Below the pieces are notes generated by a model. It was not told where the DNA came from, made no database searches, and saw nothing but the letters and a program-made list of their open reading frames with translations. Positions 1-10,856 of a DNA stretch of 64,000 bases are shown here, piece by piece. Position numbers and translations under genes: made by a program. Positions within the stretch are counted from its first letter, which is position 1; each line of letters starts with the position of its first letter. The stretch comes from Myxococcota bacterium (GTDB taxonomy: Bacteria; Myxococcota_A; UBA796; SXON01): assembly GCA_040386535.1 (NCBI GenBank), contig JAZKFH010000042.1, forward strand, positions 32,001 to 96,000. Reading direction: 5' to 3'.

Positions 1-1407
1 TCGGCGGCGATCTCCATCGGGTCGGGCGGGCCGTTCGGGGCGGAGGGCCCGATCATCATGACGGGCGGCGCGGTGGGATCGATCATCGCGCAGATGCTCC
101 ACCTCACTGCGGCCGAGCGGAAAACGCTGCTGGTGGCGGGGGCGGCGGGCGGCATGTCCGCCGTCTTCGGGACGCCCATCGCGGCCGTCCTCCTCGCCGT
201 CGAGCTCCTCCTCTTCGAATGGAAGCCGCGGAGCCTCGTCCCGGTCGCCCTCGCCGCCGCCACGGCAGCGGCCCTGCGCCCCGCCCTCGTCGGCACGGGG
301 CCGATCTTCCCGATCCCGGCCCACAACCTGACGCTCGACGCGACCGGCTTCGCCGCGTGCCTCGTCGCGGGGCTGGCCGCTGGCGTCCTGTCCGGGTTCC
401 TGTCGCGCTCGATCTACGTCGTGGAGGACGCCTTCGCGCGGCTCCCAATCCACTGGATGTGGTGGCCGGCCATCGGCGCCGTCGTGGTGGGCGTCGGCGG
501 CTGGATCGACCCGCGCGTGCTCGGCGTCGGGTACGAGAACATCGGTGGGCTCCTCGACGGCACGCTCGTCGGGAACGCGGTGCTCGGGCTCATGGTGCTC
601 AAGAGCATCGTCTGGATCGCGTCCCTCGGCACTGGCACCTCCGGCGGCGTGCTCGCGCCGCTCCTGACCATCGGCGCGGCGCTCGGCGCGCTCGAGGCCC
701 GCGTGCTCCCCGACGGCGGCCCGGGGTTCTGGCCGCTCATCGGCATGGCCGCGGCGCTCGGCGGGACGATGCGGTGCCCCCTCGCGGCCGTGCTCTTCGC
801 GATGGAGGCCACCCACGATCTCGACGCGCTGGTGCCGCTCCTCGTCGCGGTCTCGGCGTCGTATCTCTTCACGACGTTGACGCTGCCCCGCTCCATCCTC
901 ACCGAGAAGATCGCGCGGCGTGGCGTCCACCTCAGCCACGAGTACGCCATCGATCCGCTGGAGATCCACTTCGTCCGCGAGGTCATGCAACCGGTGCCAG
1001 AGGTGCTCGCCCCGGATGCGCTGGTGGCCGATCTGGGCGGCGTCTCCGTCGACCAGCGCCTCATCCCGGTGGTCGACGGGGGCCGCCTCGTGGGCGTCCT
1101 CACCCGCCGCGATCTCGTGGGCGCGCCGCTCGGCCAGGCCGTCAGCGCGTGGATGCGGGAGCCCGTCGTCGTCTGGAGTGACGACATCCTCCGCGTCGTC
1201 GTGAACCGCATGGCGGAGTCGGGCCGCACGTGCCTGCCGGTCCTCGACCCCGCGGCACCCGATCGCCTGGTGGGCCTCGTGACGCTCGCCGATCTGCTCC
1301 GCGCCCGCGCCCATGAGCTCGTCGCGGAAGGGCACCGGGAGCGTCCGATCCCGCTACGGTGGCCCCGCTGGCGGGAGACGAGGAAGCCCGGAGCCTCCTC
1401 GTCCTAA
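1..1407 (+). CDS. ClC-family chloride channel/transporter with C-terminal CBS pair (5' partial)
   Basis: Frame open from base 1 (SAAISIGSGGPFGAEGPIIM); GxEGP, FGTPIAAVLLAVE and GTSGGVLAP ClC motifs; C-terminal CBS-like repeats. Confidence 0.92.
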   Translation, partial: SAAISIGSGGPFGAEGPIIMTGGAVGSIIAQMLHLTAAERKTLLVAGAAGGMSAVFGTPIAAVLLAVELLLFEWKPRSLVPVALAAATAAALRPALVGTGPIFPIPAHNLTLDATGFAACLVAGLAAGVLSGFLSRSIYVVEDAFARLPIHWMWWPAIGAVVVGVGGWIDPRVLGVGYENIGGLLDGTLVGNAVLGLMVLKSIVWIASLGTGTSGGVLAPLLTIGAALGALEARVLPDGGPGFWPLIGMAAALGGTMRCPLAAVLFAMEATHDLDALVPLLVAVSASYLFTTLTLPRSILTEKIARRGVHLSHEYAIDPLEIHFVREVMQPVPEVLAPDALVADLGGVSVDQRLIPVVDGGRLVGVLTRRDLVGAPLGQAVSAWMREPVVVWSDDILRVVVNRMAESGRTCLPVLDPAAPDRLVGLVTLADLLRARAHELVAEGHRERPIPLRWPRWRETRKPGASSS

Positions 1408-1429
1408 GGTCGCACGCGCACCATCCTGC

Positions 1430-2655
<1,226 letters not shown>

Positions 2656-2659
<4 letters not shown>

Positions 2660-4107
2660 TCTTCCTCCTCTTGGAAAAAGTCGGGGTTGACGAGGTCGGT
2701 CGTCTTCGGGGCTACGATGACCGCGGGGATGGTGACGGTGTCGAGGGCAACGGCTTCGCCGCTCCACGGGAGGACCGCGGAGGCGGGCGTGACAGGGAGG
2801 GCTTCGCCGTTGGCGAGGCGGTTGGCGATGCGGAACACGACGCGGCGGTTCTCGACCTTGGCGGCTTCCGTGGCGGCCGAGCTCTTCTCGAGCGGGACCA
2901 CCTCACCCAGACCGCGCCAGCTCATGCGCTGCGGGCTCACCCCGTCGAGCAGGAGCGCCTCCCACACGGCGCGGGCGCGGCGGTCGGACAGGTCCCAGTT
3001 GTAGACGAGATCGCCCTCTTCGCTCGCGTGGCCCTCGATGGCGACGTGGGCGATGCGCCCCTCGCCGGCCAGGAGGTTCGCGATACCGTCGATGATGTCG
3101 TGCGACTCGGGGAGGAGCTCCGCGGAGCCCTCCTTGAACCGGATCTCGCCGGTGAACACGATCTCGTCGCCCGCGACCCGCACCTTGGGGGGCGGCGGCG
3201 GCGGCGGGATCTCGACGAAGATGCCCGGGGGATCCTCCTCCTCGAGCGTCGCGGGCTTGGGGGGCGGCCTCTCCGCCACCACGGGCACCGGCTTGTCCGC
3301 CTGGGGCGGGGGGCTCTTGAACGTGGCCGTCAGGAACCCGCGGAACGCCGGGACACCCACACCCGCCTGGATGCCGGCGCCGCCGCCGGCCGCGAGGATG
3401 ACGGTCGGCGTGGCTTCGAGGCTCGCGGTGAGGAGCGCCTCGCTCGCGAGCTCACCGTCGCGCTCCGCGAGGCCCGCGAGCACCGCGCGTGCGACCCAGG
3501 CCCCGCCCACCGAGAAGGTGGGGAGGATGTCCGCGCGCACGCCCACCCCGAGGTCGACCGTGGGGCCCCAGTCGAGGCCCGGCTGCGGGGACTCGAGGGG
3601 ACGGGCCACGACACCGACATCGAGCAGCACCGCGCCGAAGCCGCCCTTGAGCGCACCGGACGCGCCGAAGGCGCCGCGGGCGGTGGACTCGCCCATCCAG
3701 GCGTCCTGGCGGCCGACGGGGATGTACACGTCGGCCCGGAGGGTCGCGTCGATGAGGTTGGTGTGGACGACACCCCAGCGCGCGCCGACACGGGGATCCC
3801 CGATGCCGCTGCCGTCCGCCGAGAGAGCGGAGCCGTCACCGGTCTGCCAGGCGATCGGGACCGACGCCTGCACGGCGAGGCGGTATCCGAGGCCCATCGA
3901 GAAGCCCGCCCAGCCGCCGATCCGGTCGGTGACGGGCCGGTTCGAGATCTCCCCTTCGGTGAGGATGAGCACCGGCGCACGTTGGTACTGCGTCCCGAGG
4001 CCCACGCGCCATTCCCACTGGTCGGGGACGCCCGCGCCCTCGACGCCGTAGACGCCGTCGTCGCCCATCGCCGGGCGGACCATCTCGATGTCTGCGCCGA
4101 CGCTCAA
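2656..4107 (-). CDS. OmpA-family protein (N-terminal beta-barrel-like region, Pro-rich linker, OmpA_C domain)
   Basis: IEGHASEEG...NWDLSDRRARAV...NRRVVF OmpA_C motif; TTG 4107 overlaps the upstream stop (TTGA); alternative ATG 4083. Confidence 0.85.
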
Positions 4108-4832
4108 AATTGCACGCGCACGGCGACGGACAGGAGCCCGGCGGCGCCGAGGCCGGCGGCGGCGAGGCCGGCGCCCTGGGTGACATTGGTTCGCACGCGC
4201 AACTTCTCCAGATCTCCGACGGTGTCGACCGGCGAGGGGTCGAGGGCGTACCAGTCCGCGCGGGACTCGGCGGCCATCACGAACAAGCCGCCCGACAAGG
4301 CCACGAGCGCGCCGGACGCGATGAGCCGGCCGATCTCGCCGCGGCGGAGCGGCACGGGCCCCAGGCGGGGGACAGTGGGCGACGTGGGGAGGGCGGCGCC
4401 GAGGCGCACCTCGTTGACGCCGGCCGCGTCGAGCCACCGGGTGTAGACCACGCGGCCCTCGGCGTCGAAGGCCTGCACGACGGCGGCGTGGCCGGGCCGC
4501 AACGCGGCGTAGGCGAGGCCGTCCACCAGCGCGACGCCGCCGTCCGGATGGGGCGGACCGTCCACGTCGTCCCCGACCTCGGGGAGCGCCATCGGCTCGG
4601 GGCGTACACCGCCGAGCGCGAGGTGCACGGCCGCGGCGTCACCCGGGGCGAGCGGATCGGAGACGCACGCGAGCCGCAAGAGCAGCGTGCGCCGCTCGGC
4701 GTCGAGGTCCTCGTCCGCCAACCGCGCGCCTTGGACGCGCATGGCCGACTCGACCACGTCGGCCGGGGTGTGGAAGTTGATGCAGGGTTGCTCCACTGCA
4801 TGCGCCAACCCGGCGAGCAGGAACGCGATCAT
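4104..4832 (-). CDS. Hypothetical exported/membrane protein
   Basis: Short signal MIAFLLAGLAHA; two C-terminal hydrophobic segments ending VRVQF; 4-nt overlaps with both neighbours. Confidence 0.7.
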   Translation of the reverse strand: MIAFLLAGLAHAVEQPCINFHTPADVVESAMRVQGARLADEDLDAERRTLLLRLACVSDPLAPGDAAAVHLALGGVRPEPMALPEVGDDVDGPPHPDGGVALVDGLAYAALRPGHAAVVQAFDAEGRVVYTRWLDAAGVNEVRLGAALPTSPTVPRLGPVPLRRGEIGRLIASGALVALSGGLFVMAAESRADWYALDPSPVDTVGDLEKLRVRTNVTQGAGLAAAGLGAAGLLSVAVRVQF

Positions 4833-6901
4833 TGGCCCTCGCAAACGTCGATGACGTCGTCACAGTCGTTGTCGATCCCGTCGGAGCAGACCTCGGGCAC
4901 GGCCGGGTTCACGTACGGGTCGGTGTCCAGACAATCCACGGAATTGTCCACTTCGTCGTCGTTCGCCTCGCACGCGGTGCGGGCGGTGGTCGGATCGCCG
5001 AAGCCGTCGCCGTCGGCGTCGGTCCAGCGCTCGAACACGTCGTCGATCACGCCGTTGCAGTCGTTGTCCTGACCGTCCTCGCAGTCTTCGGGCGCGTACG
5101 GCCAGGTGTCCTGGTTCGTGTCGTCGCAGTCGCCGGCGCGGGTGATGTACTCCTTCCCGGGCTCGCACGTCTCGACGGCGGAAGCGGGATCCCCGAAGCC
5201 GTCGTTGTCGCCGTCGTACCACCAGATCTGGAGGAGGGCCTCGTCGATCTCGCCGTCACAGTCGTCGTCGGCGGCGTTGCAGAGCTCCTGCGCGCGCGGG
5301 TAGGCGGTCGCGGCGGTGTCGTCACAATCCCCCGCGTTCTGGGCAGTGTCCGAGCGGGTGGCGCAGGCCTCGCCGAAGGGGATGCCGCCGAAACCGTCGC
5401 CGTCCTGGTCCGTGTAGACCGCGAACACGGCGTAGCCCTCGTCGACCTCACCGTCGCAGTCCTGGTCGTAGCCGTCACACAGCTCGGCCGAGCCGGGATG
5501 GATGGTGTAGTCGGCGTCGTCACAATCGCCGCCGCTGCGCACCCACCCGACGCCGGGGGCCACACAGCCGTCCTGCTCCTCCAGACCGCCGACGCCGTCG
5601 CCGTCTTCGTCGAAGAACCAGGGCGCGCCGGCGCCGATCTCGTCGTCGTCCGAGTCACAGTCGAAGGGCCATTCGGCGCCGTCGGCATCGGGGTCGAGGC
5701 GCCATTCGCGCTCGGACGCCGGGATGAAGCCGCAGCCGGCCACGAAGGGGATCCACACCATGCGGCGGCGCATCAGCAACGCCGCCGCGGCCAACACGGC
5801 CCAGAGCGCGGGCACTCCGGGGGTGCCGCAGGTGCTGGCCCCGCCGCGGGCCGCGAAGTCCGCGCACTCGCCGGCGTCCCACCCGGCGCCGATGCAGGCC
5901 TGGCAGGCGTCCCCGACGCCGTCATTGTCCTCGTCGAGCTGCTCGGGGTCGTTGTTGGTCGGGCAGCTGTCGCACGAGTCCCCGACGGTGTCGAAGTCCG
6001 TGTCGATCTGGCGCGGGTCGAACGTGCTCGGGCACGTGTCGCACAGATCGCCGTACCCGTCGTTGTCCACGTCGGCCTGGTCGGCGTTGGGAGTCAGCGG
6101 GCAGATGTCGCAGGTGTCACCCACGCCATCCTTGTCCGTGTCCGTCTGGTCCTCGTCCATGTTCGGGCAGACGTCGCACACGTCACCGACCTCGTCCTCG
6201 TCCGTGTCGAGGTCGGTCGGGTCGTAGTCGATCGGGCAAGTGTCGCACTCGTCGCCGAGGCCATCGCCGTCGAGGTCGAGCTGGTCGACGTTGTCGACGT
6301 CCCAGCAGTTGTCGCACTCGTCGCCGATGAGGTCCCGATCCTCGTCGGCCCCCGTGCTGGCCACGTCCGGGCAGATGTCGCACCAGTCGCCCATGCCGTC
6401 TTCGTCGAAGTCGTCCTGCGGCACGAACGCGTCGATGGGGCACGAGTCGCAGAAGTCGCCGAGGCCATCCTCGTCGCGATCGTCCTGCGTGGGGTTGGGC
6501 ACGTCCACGCAGTTGTCGCAGGCGTCGCCCACGTTGTCGCAGTCGGTGTCGACCTGCTCGCGGTTCCAGATCTCGGGGCAGTTGTCGCACGTGAGCGTGA
6601 CGACGACGTCGGGGAACCGCTCGTCGGGCATCAGCGACAGGTCACCGCCGCCGAGCCCGTCGCGATCGATGTCGAGCCCGGTCACCGGGACGAGACACCC
6701 GTACGACACGTAGTCGTAGTAGTAGTCGGCGTTCGGGAGGGGGATCCCGTTGGTGTTGGTGTTGGCCAGGCACGCCGGGATCGTCAGGTCGACCGGCACC
6801 TCGTCCACAACGTCGACGCCGTTGCAGTTCAGATCCTGGATGAACGGCCCGGTGGAGCACACCTTGGCGGCGTAGGCGGCGGAGAAGAGGAGTGCAATCA
6901 T
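4829..6901 (-). CDS. TSP3-repeat protein with internal CTERM-like anchor fused to putative metal-binding (MopE-like, DCDD..E.CDG.D.DC) repeats
   Basis: N half DxDxDGxGDxCDxCP; C half GDCDDAD..IHPG.AELCDG.DQDCDG; ATG 6901 overlaps the upstream stop. Confidence 0.85.
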   Translation of the reverse strand: MIALLFSAAYAAKVCSTGPFIQDLNCNGVDVVDEVPVDLTIPACLANTNTNGIPLPNADYYYDYVSYGCLVPVTGLDIDRDGLGGGDLSLMPDERFPDVVVTLTCDNCPEIWNREQVDTDCDNVGDACDNCVDVPNPTQDDRDEDGLGDFCDSCPIDAFVPQDDFDEDGMGDWCDICPDVASTGADEDRDLIGDECDNCWDVDNVDQLDLDGDGLGDECDTCPIDYDPTDLDTDEDEVGDVCDVCPNMDEDQTDTDKDGVGDTCDICPLTPNADQADVDNDGYGDLCDTCPSTFDPRQIDTDFDTVGDSCDSCPTNNDPEQLDEDNDGVGDACQACIGAGWDAGECADFAARGGASTCGTPGVPALWAVLAAAALLMRRRMVWIPFVAGCGFIPASEREWRLDPDADGAEWPFDCDSDDDEIGAGAPWFFDEDGDGVGGLEEQDGCVAPGVGWVRSGGDCDDADYTIHPGSAELCDGYDQDCDGEVDEGYAVFAVYTDQDGDGFGGIPFGEACATRSDTAQNAGDCDDTAATAYPRAQELCNAADDDCDGEIDEALLQIWWYDGDNDGFGDPASAVETCEPGKEYITRAGDCDDTNQDTWPYAPEDCEDGQDNDCNGVIDDVFERWTDADGDGFGDPTTARTACEANDDEVDNSVDCLDTDPYVNPAVPEVCSDGIDNDCDDVIDVCEGQ

Positions 6902-8313
6902 CGTGACCTCGGGAGGCGGCCGGTCCACGGAACGGGCACGGGTTGCCATTCAGGAGCAGGGGCGTCCGCGGAGAGCTGGCGCTCGATGCGGAAGAGGACG
7001 CGTCGATTGAGGGCCAGCGCGGCCTCGTCGGTGCCCGAGGACTCGGGCGCCACCTCGCCCATCGCGCGGTACCCGAGGCGGTCGGGGTGGACACCGGCCT
7101 CGATGAGCACGCGGTAGATGGCGCGCGCGCGGGCGGTGGACAGCGCGTAGTTGTACTCGAAGCTGCCTTCCTCGCTCGCGTGCCCCTCGACCACGATGTA
7201 CGTGATGCGGGGGTTCTGCGCGAGGACGCGCGCCACGTCGAACAGGATGGGGAGCGAGTCGGGCAGCACCTCGTCCTTCGCGAAGACGAAGCGGATGGGG
7301 TCGCGGATGACGATGCGCTCGCCCTCGACCTTCGCCAGCTCGCCCTCGGCCCAGCCCTCGATGGGGGGTGCGGGCGGGATCACGATCTGGTCGGGCACCT
7401 CCTCCACGGGGGGCGCCAGCTCCTTCGCGACGCTGGACACGGGGCGGACCGACGGGGGGATGGGCTGCGGGACCCACGCGATCCCGAGGAACCCGCGCAA
7501 GGAGGCGGCGCCGACACCACCGCCGAGGCCGGGCCCGCCACCGATGTCGACCGTCACGCCGTGCGGCGCCCGCACCGACAACGACGCGACGAGCGCGGAG
7601 GCGTGGTCACGCGGACCGGCATCCGGCGCGAGGCGCACGCGGCCGAGGTAGCCGAAGCCGATGCCGAGCCGCTCGTAGGACCAGCGGACGGCCCCGTTCG
7701 TGACCAGGGACGACCCGGACGTGAGCTGGAGATCGGTGACGCCCGTGGCGCCGTACCGGTACCCGACCTCACCAAGAATGGAGAGCCGCCCGAAGCCGAG
7801 CGCGCCGAGGACCGCGCCGCCGGGGCGGACGGTGCCCTCGCCCATCCAGGCCTCGTTGTCGCCGGTGGGCAGGGCAACGTCGAGGCGCAAGGCCACGGCG
7901 CTCCCCTCCCCCGCGGCGTTCGGCTTGCCGAACAGGCGGTACTTCGCGGAGATCTCGATGTCCCCCAGCGCCGCGCCCTCGGCCGAGCCGGGGAAGGCGC
8001 CGCCCTCCTGCCATGCGAAGGGCACGGCGAGCGCGACGTCCAGGTTGCGCAGCGGCCCCCAGCGCACGCCCGCCTGGACGAGCGTGCGCGAGGAGACGGC
8101 AGCACCGGCGTAGTCCCCATCCGAGAACACCACGACGGGGTTCTGCTCGGCTTGGACCAGCGCGGCGATGCGCGGAAACCCGGGGGGTTGAATCCACGGC
8201 GTGTCTTGGCCAGGCGTCCCGCCAGGGGCGAGCGTCGGGCGCACGAGCTCTACGTCGAGGGGCAGGCCCGCGGCGTGAGCAGAGGCGATGAAGGAGAGTG
8301 AGGCGACAAGCAC
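6898..8313 (-). CDS. OmpA-family protein (beta-barrel-like region plus OmpA_C), paralog of 2656-4107
   Basis: Signal MLVASLSFIASAHA; VEGHASEEG..YNYALSTARARA..NRRVLF. Confidence 0.88.
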   Translation of the reverse strand: MLVASLSFIASAHAAGLPLDVELVRPTLAPGGTPGQDTPWIQPPGFPRIAALVQAEQNPVVVFSDGDYAGAAVSSRTLVQAGVRWGPLRNLDVALAVPFAWQEGGAFPGSAEGAALGDIEISAKYRLFGKPNAAGEGSAVALRLDVALPTGDNEAWMGEGTVRPGGAVLGALGFGRLSILGEVGYRYGATGVTDLQLTSGSSLVTNGAVRWSYERLGIGFGYLGRVRLAPDAGPRDHASALVASLSVRAPHGVTVDIGGGPGLGGGVGAASLRGFLGIAWVPQPIPPSVRPVSSVAKELAPPVEEVPDQIVIPPAPPIEGWAEGELAKVEGERIVIRDPIRFVFAKDEVLPDSLPILFDVARVLAQNPRITYIVVEGHASEEGSFEYNYALSTARARAIYRVLIEAGVHPDRLGYRAMGEVAPESSGTDEAALALNRRVLFRIERQLSADAPAPEWQPVPVPWTGRLPRSR

Positions 8314-8319
8314 GGGGCC

Positions 8320-8325
8320 ATGGTA
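8320..8325 (-). promoter_or_regulatory. -10 box (TACCAT) of a probable leaderless promoter
   Basis: TAnnnT exactly 6 nt upstream of GTG 8313; no Shine-Dalgarno. Confidence 0.55.
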
Positions 8326-8351
8326 GCCTGCTTCCCATCGGGTTCAACAAC

Positions 8352-9158
8352 ATGATCATCGCTCTTGTCGCGCTCAGCCTCGCCGAAGACCCCTCCAATG
8401 CTCCGATTGTCGCGACGGACCGCATCGCGGAACTCTCGCTCTCAAGGGTGGATGCGCCCCCTTCGTGGTCCGTAAAGGACGGGCGCGCTCACGACATCGA
8501 CGCGCGCACCTGGGCCATCCTCACGGGGGATGTGAACGTCCTCGGCAAGATCGAGGCCAGCCGGAAGAAGGGCCAGACGTTCGGCTGGGGGCTCGTCATC
8601 GGGGGGGGCGGCGTGGCCCTCTCGTCGATGATTCCCCTCTTCACGATCGAGGAGGCCCTCGGCACCAACGAGGGGACCGACGGCTTCAACGACATCGGCA
8701 CGCGGAACGATGTTCGCGTCGCGTCGGCATTTTCGTTGATCGGCGCCGGCGTCATCCTCGCGGGCACCGGCTTCGCGGCGCGGGCCATCGCGGACAACCG
8801 CGCGCTCCAGCTCTCCCGGCACCTCGACGCCGCCGAGGTCGACGCGTCGATCCTCGCCTACAACGCACGCCTGCAGGAGATCCTCACGGTGGTCCCCGCC
8901 GGCGCGCCCGAGGCGGTCATCGACGTGGAGGATCCGGGCACGGTCGCGCCGACCGGCGCCGCCACTCCCGAGGCGGCCACGGGCGGAGCGGCCCCCGTCG
9001 TCGCGCCCGCCCCCGTGGTCGCGCCGGTCGTCGCGCCCGCCCCTGTCGTGGCGCCCGCGCCCGTCGTCGCGCCGGCCCCGACCCCGGCCCCCGAGGCTGC
9101 CCCCGCGCCCGTCGTGACCCCCGCTCCGACCGGAGAGGCCGCTCCCCCGCCCAAGTGA
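8352..9158 (+). CDS. Hypothetical exported membrane protein with Pro/Ala/Val-rich tail
   Basis: Signal MIIALVALSLA; two hydrophobic segments; APVVAP repeats at the C-terminus. Confidence 0.75.
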   Translation: MIIALVALSLAEDPSNAPIVATDRIAELSLSRVDAPPSWSVKDGRAHDIDARTWAILTGDVNVLGKIEASRKKGQTFGWGLVIGGGGVALSSMIPLFTIEEALGTNEGTDGFNDIGTRNDVRVASAFSLIGAGVILAGTGFAARAIADNRALQLSRHLDAAEVDASILAYNARLQEILTVVPAGAPEAVIDVEDPGTVAPTGAATPEAATGGAAPVVAPAPVVAPVVAPAPVVAPAPVVAPAPTPAPEAAPAPVVTPAPTGEAAPPPK

Positions 9159-9209
9159 CGCTCCCCCGCCCAACTCAAGGCACGCCCGAGTGAAGGCTGG
9201 TCGCCCCCC

Positions 9210-10121
9210 TCAGGGACAGCCGTCCAGCTGGGACTCGGGCAGCTCCGCCATCACGGAGGCGCTCCAATACACGCGGAGCTCCTCCTCCGTGCGCAGGGCG
9301 TGGTTGTCCGCGAGGGGATCCACCCCCGAGACACACCCCGCGCCCCCCGTGGCCGCGCCGGTCTGCGCCCACATGGCGGCGAACCCGGCGCCGTAGGACC
9401 CGTCGAGAGCATCGTCGCAATACGGGCCGACGAAGGTGACGTTGTCGCCACACTCGACATGCGGGAGCCCGCCGGAGCGGGCGTGGGCGGTCTCGTGCAC
9501 CACGGTGCCCGCCGCGCCCATCACGTAGTTGAGCCGCCCTTCGCGGGGCACGTGGTACCGCCCCTCCGTCCACTCCAGGCCGCCCCCCGCCTCGTCCGAG
9601 GCGTCCGGCGGAAGGAACACGACGTCCTCGATCCCCTCCGCGGAGAGGTCGTACAGGACGTGCGAGAGCGGGGCCGTGTCATCGAGGCCGAGCGCGGCCG
9701 CGGCGGCGCCCCACTCGTCGGCCCAGCGCTCGTCCACGTAGGGCCCGACCTGGAGGCCCCCGACCGTTCCGTAGTCGCTCGCCAACAGCCAATACAAGCC
9801 CCAGATCAGCACCACCATGCCGTCGGCGAGCCGGTCCCCGCTCGACGCCGCGAGGTGGTCGCCCAGGTCCCCCTGCGCGCCGGCTTCGGCCAGGAGCGCG
9901 TCGACATCCGCGCCCATGTCCGCGAGGATCGCCTCGCCGCACGCGGTGTCGATCCGGAGCGCCTCTCCCGCGCCGGCCGAGTCGCTCCACGGCAGCACCT
10001 CGCCCTCCGCGAAGCCGCACACCCCGCGAGTCACCGTCCATGCGTCGTCCCCCGCGCACGCGCCGAGCAACGGAAGCAACAGCCATCCCGCTCTCCCGCG
10101 CGCCCGCCGGGCGTCCCTCAT
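9210..10121 (-). CDS. Lipoprotein with HExxH zincin-like motif
   Basis: Lipobox LLGAC; VVHETAH; ATG 10121 overlaps the upstream stop. Confidence 0.65.
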   Translation of the reverse strand: MRDARRARGRAGWLLLPLLGACAGDDAWTVTRGVCGFAEGEVLPWSDSAGAGEALRIDTACGEAILADMGADVDALLAEAGAQGDLGDHLAASSGDRLADGMVVLIWGLYWLLASDYGTVGGLQVGPYVDERWADEWGAAAAALGLDDTAPLSHVLYDLSAEGIEDVVFLPPDASDEAGGGLEWTEGRYHVPREGRLNYVMGAAGTVVHETAHARSGGLPHVECGDNVTFVGPYCDDALDGSYGAGFAAMWAQTGAATGGAGCVSGVDPLADNHALRTEEELRVYWSASVMAELPESQLDGCP

Positions 10122-10813
10122 CGCACCCCGGGCGTCCGGTCCCGCCACCCGTCGACCGCCTCGCGCGCCCGGGTCGCCGCCTTCGCGCCCCACAACGCCG
10201 TGATCGTGTCGGCGCAGCTCTCCGCCACCGTGGGCGCCCCCTGCGCCCCGATGCACGGGAACACCCGGGCGGGCCGAGAGCCCGCGAGGCGCGCGGTGTT
10301 GCGGTGGATGGCGGACAGGAGCGTGGTCCGCTCGTCGACCTCGACCAGCACCAGCGGGAACAGGCGGCACGCCAGCGGCTTGAGCGCTCCCCGTTCGCGG
10401 CCGGTGCTGTCCTCGAGGGTGTGGAGCCCGCAGCCGAGGCCCTCGGGCCCGAGCACCGCGAACACGCAGCGCTTCCCGGGCCGGCGAAGCGCGTCCCCCT
10501 CGTAGATCGCGGGCGCGCCGGCCGCCCAGCGGGGATCCCGCGGGGCCATGAAGTCGGCGATCTCGGGCAGCGCCGCGTCGATCGCCGCGCGTTCGTCGGG
10601 GGTCGGGCTCATCTCGAGGTCGGCGCAGCAGGACCGCGCGCCCGCGGCGCGGAGGCCGGGTGTGCACGCGCCGGTGGCGCAGGCCCACGACTGCGCCAGG
10701 GCGGGCAGATCGAGCAGGCGCCCCTTCCCGGCCTGCCCGAGGTTGTCGCGCGCGGCGAGCTGGAGCAGGTGGACGGTCCAGTCACCGCCGCTCGTGTCGT
10801 CGGAAGAGGCCAT
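10118..10813 (-). CDS. Cys-rich DUF3109/YkgJ-like (Zn or Fe-S binding) protein
   Basis: C..C..CC, CVF, GCGLH and KPLACRLFP motifs. Confidence 0.7.
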   Translation of the reverse strand: MASSDDTSGGDWTVHLLQLAARDNLGQAGKGRLLDLPALAQSWACATGACTPGLRAAGARSCCADLEMSPTPDERAAIDAALPEIADFMAPRDPRWAAGAPAIYEGDALRRPGKRCVFAVLGPEGLGCGLHTLEDSTGRERGALKPLACRLFPLVLVEVDERTTLLSAIHRNTARLAGSRPARVFPCIGAQGAPTVAESCADTITALWGAKAATRAREAVDGWRDRTPGVR

Positions 10814-10856
10814 TCGTAGGGCTAACCGGGCCGACGCCCCGGGACCTTTCGCGTGG

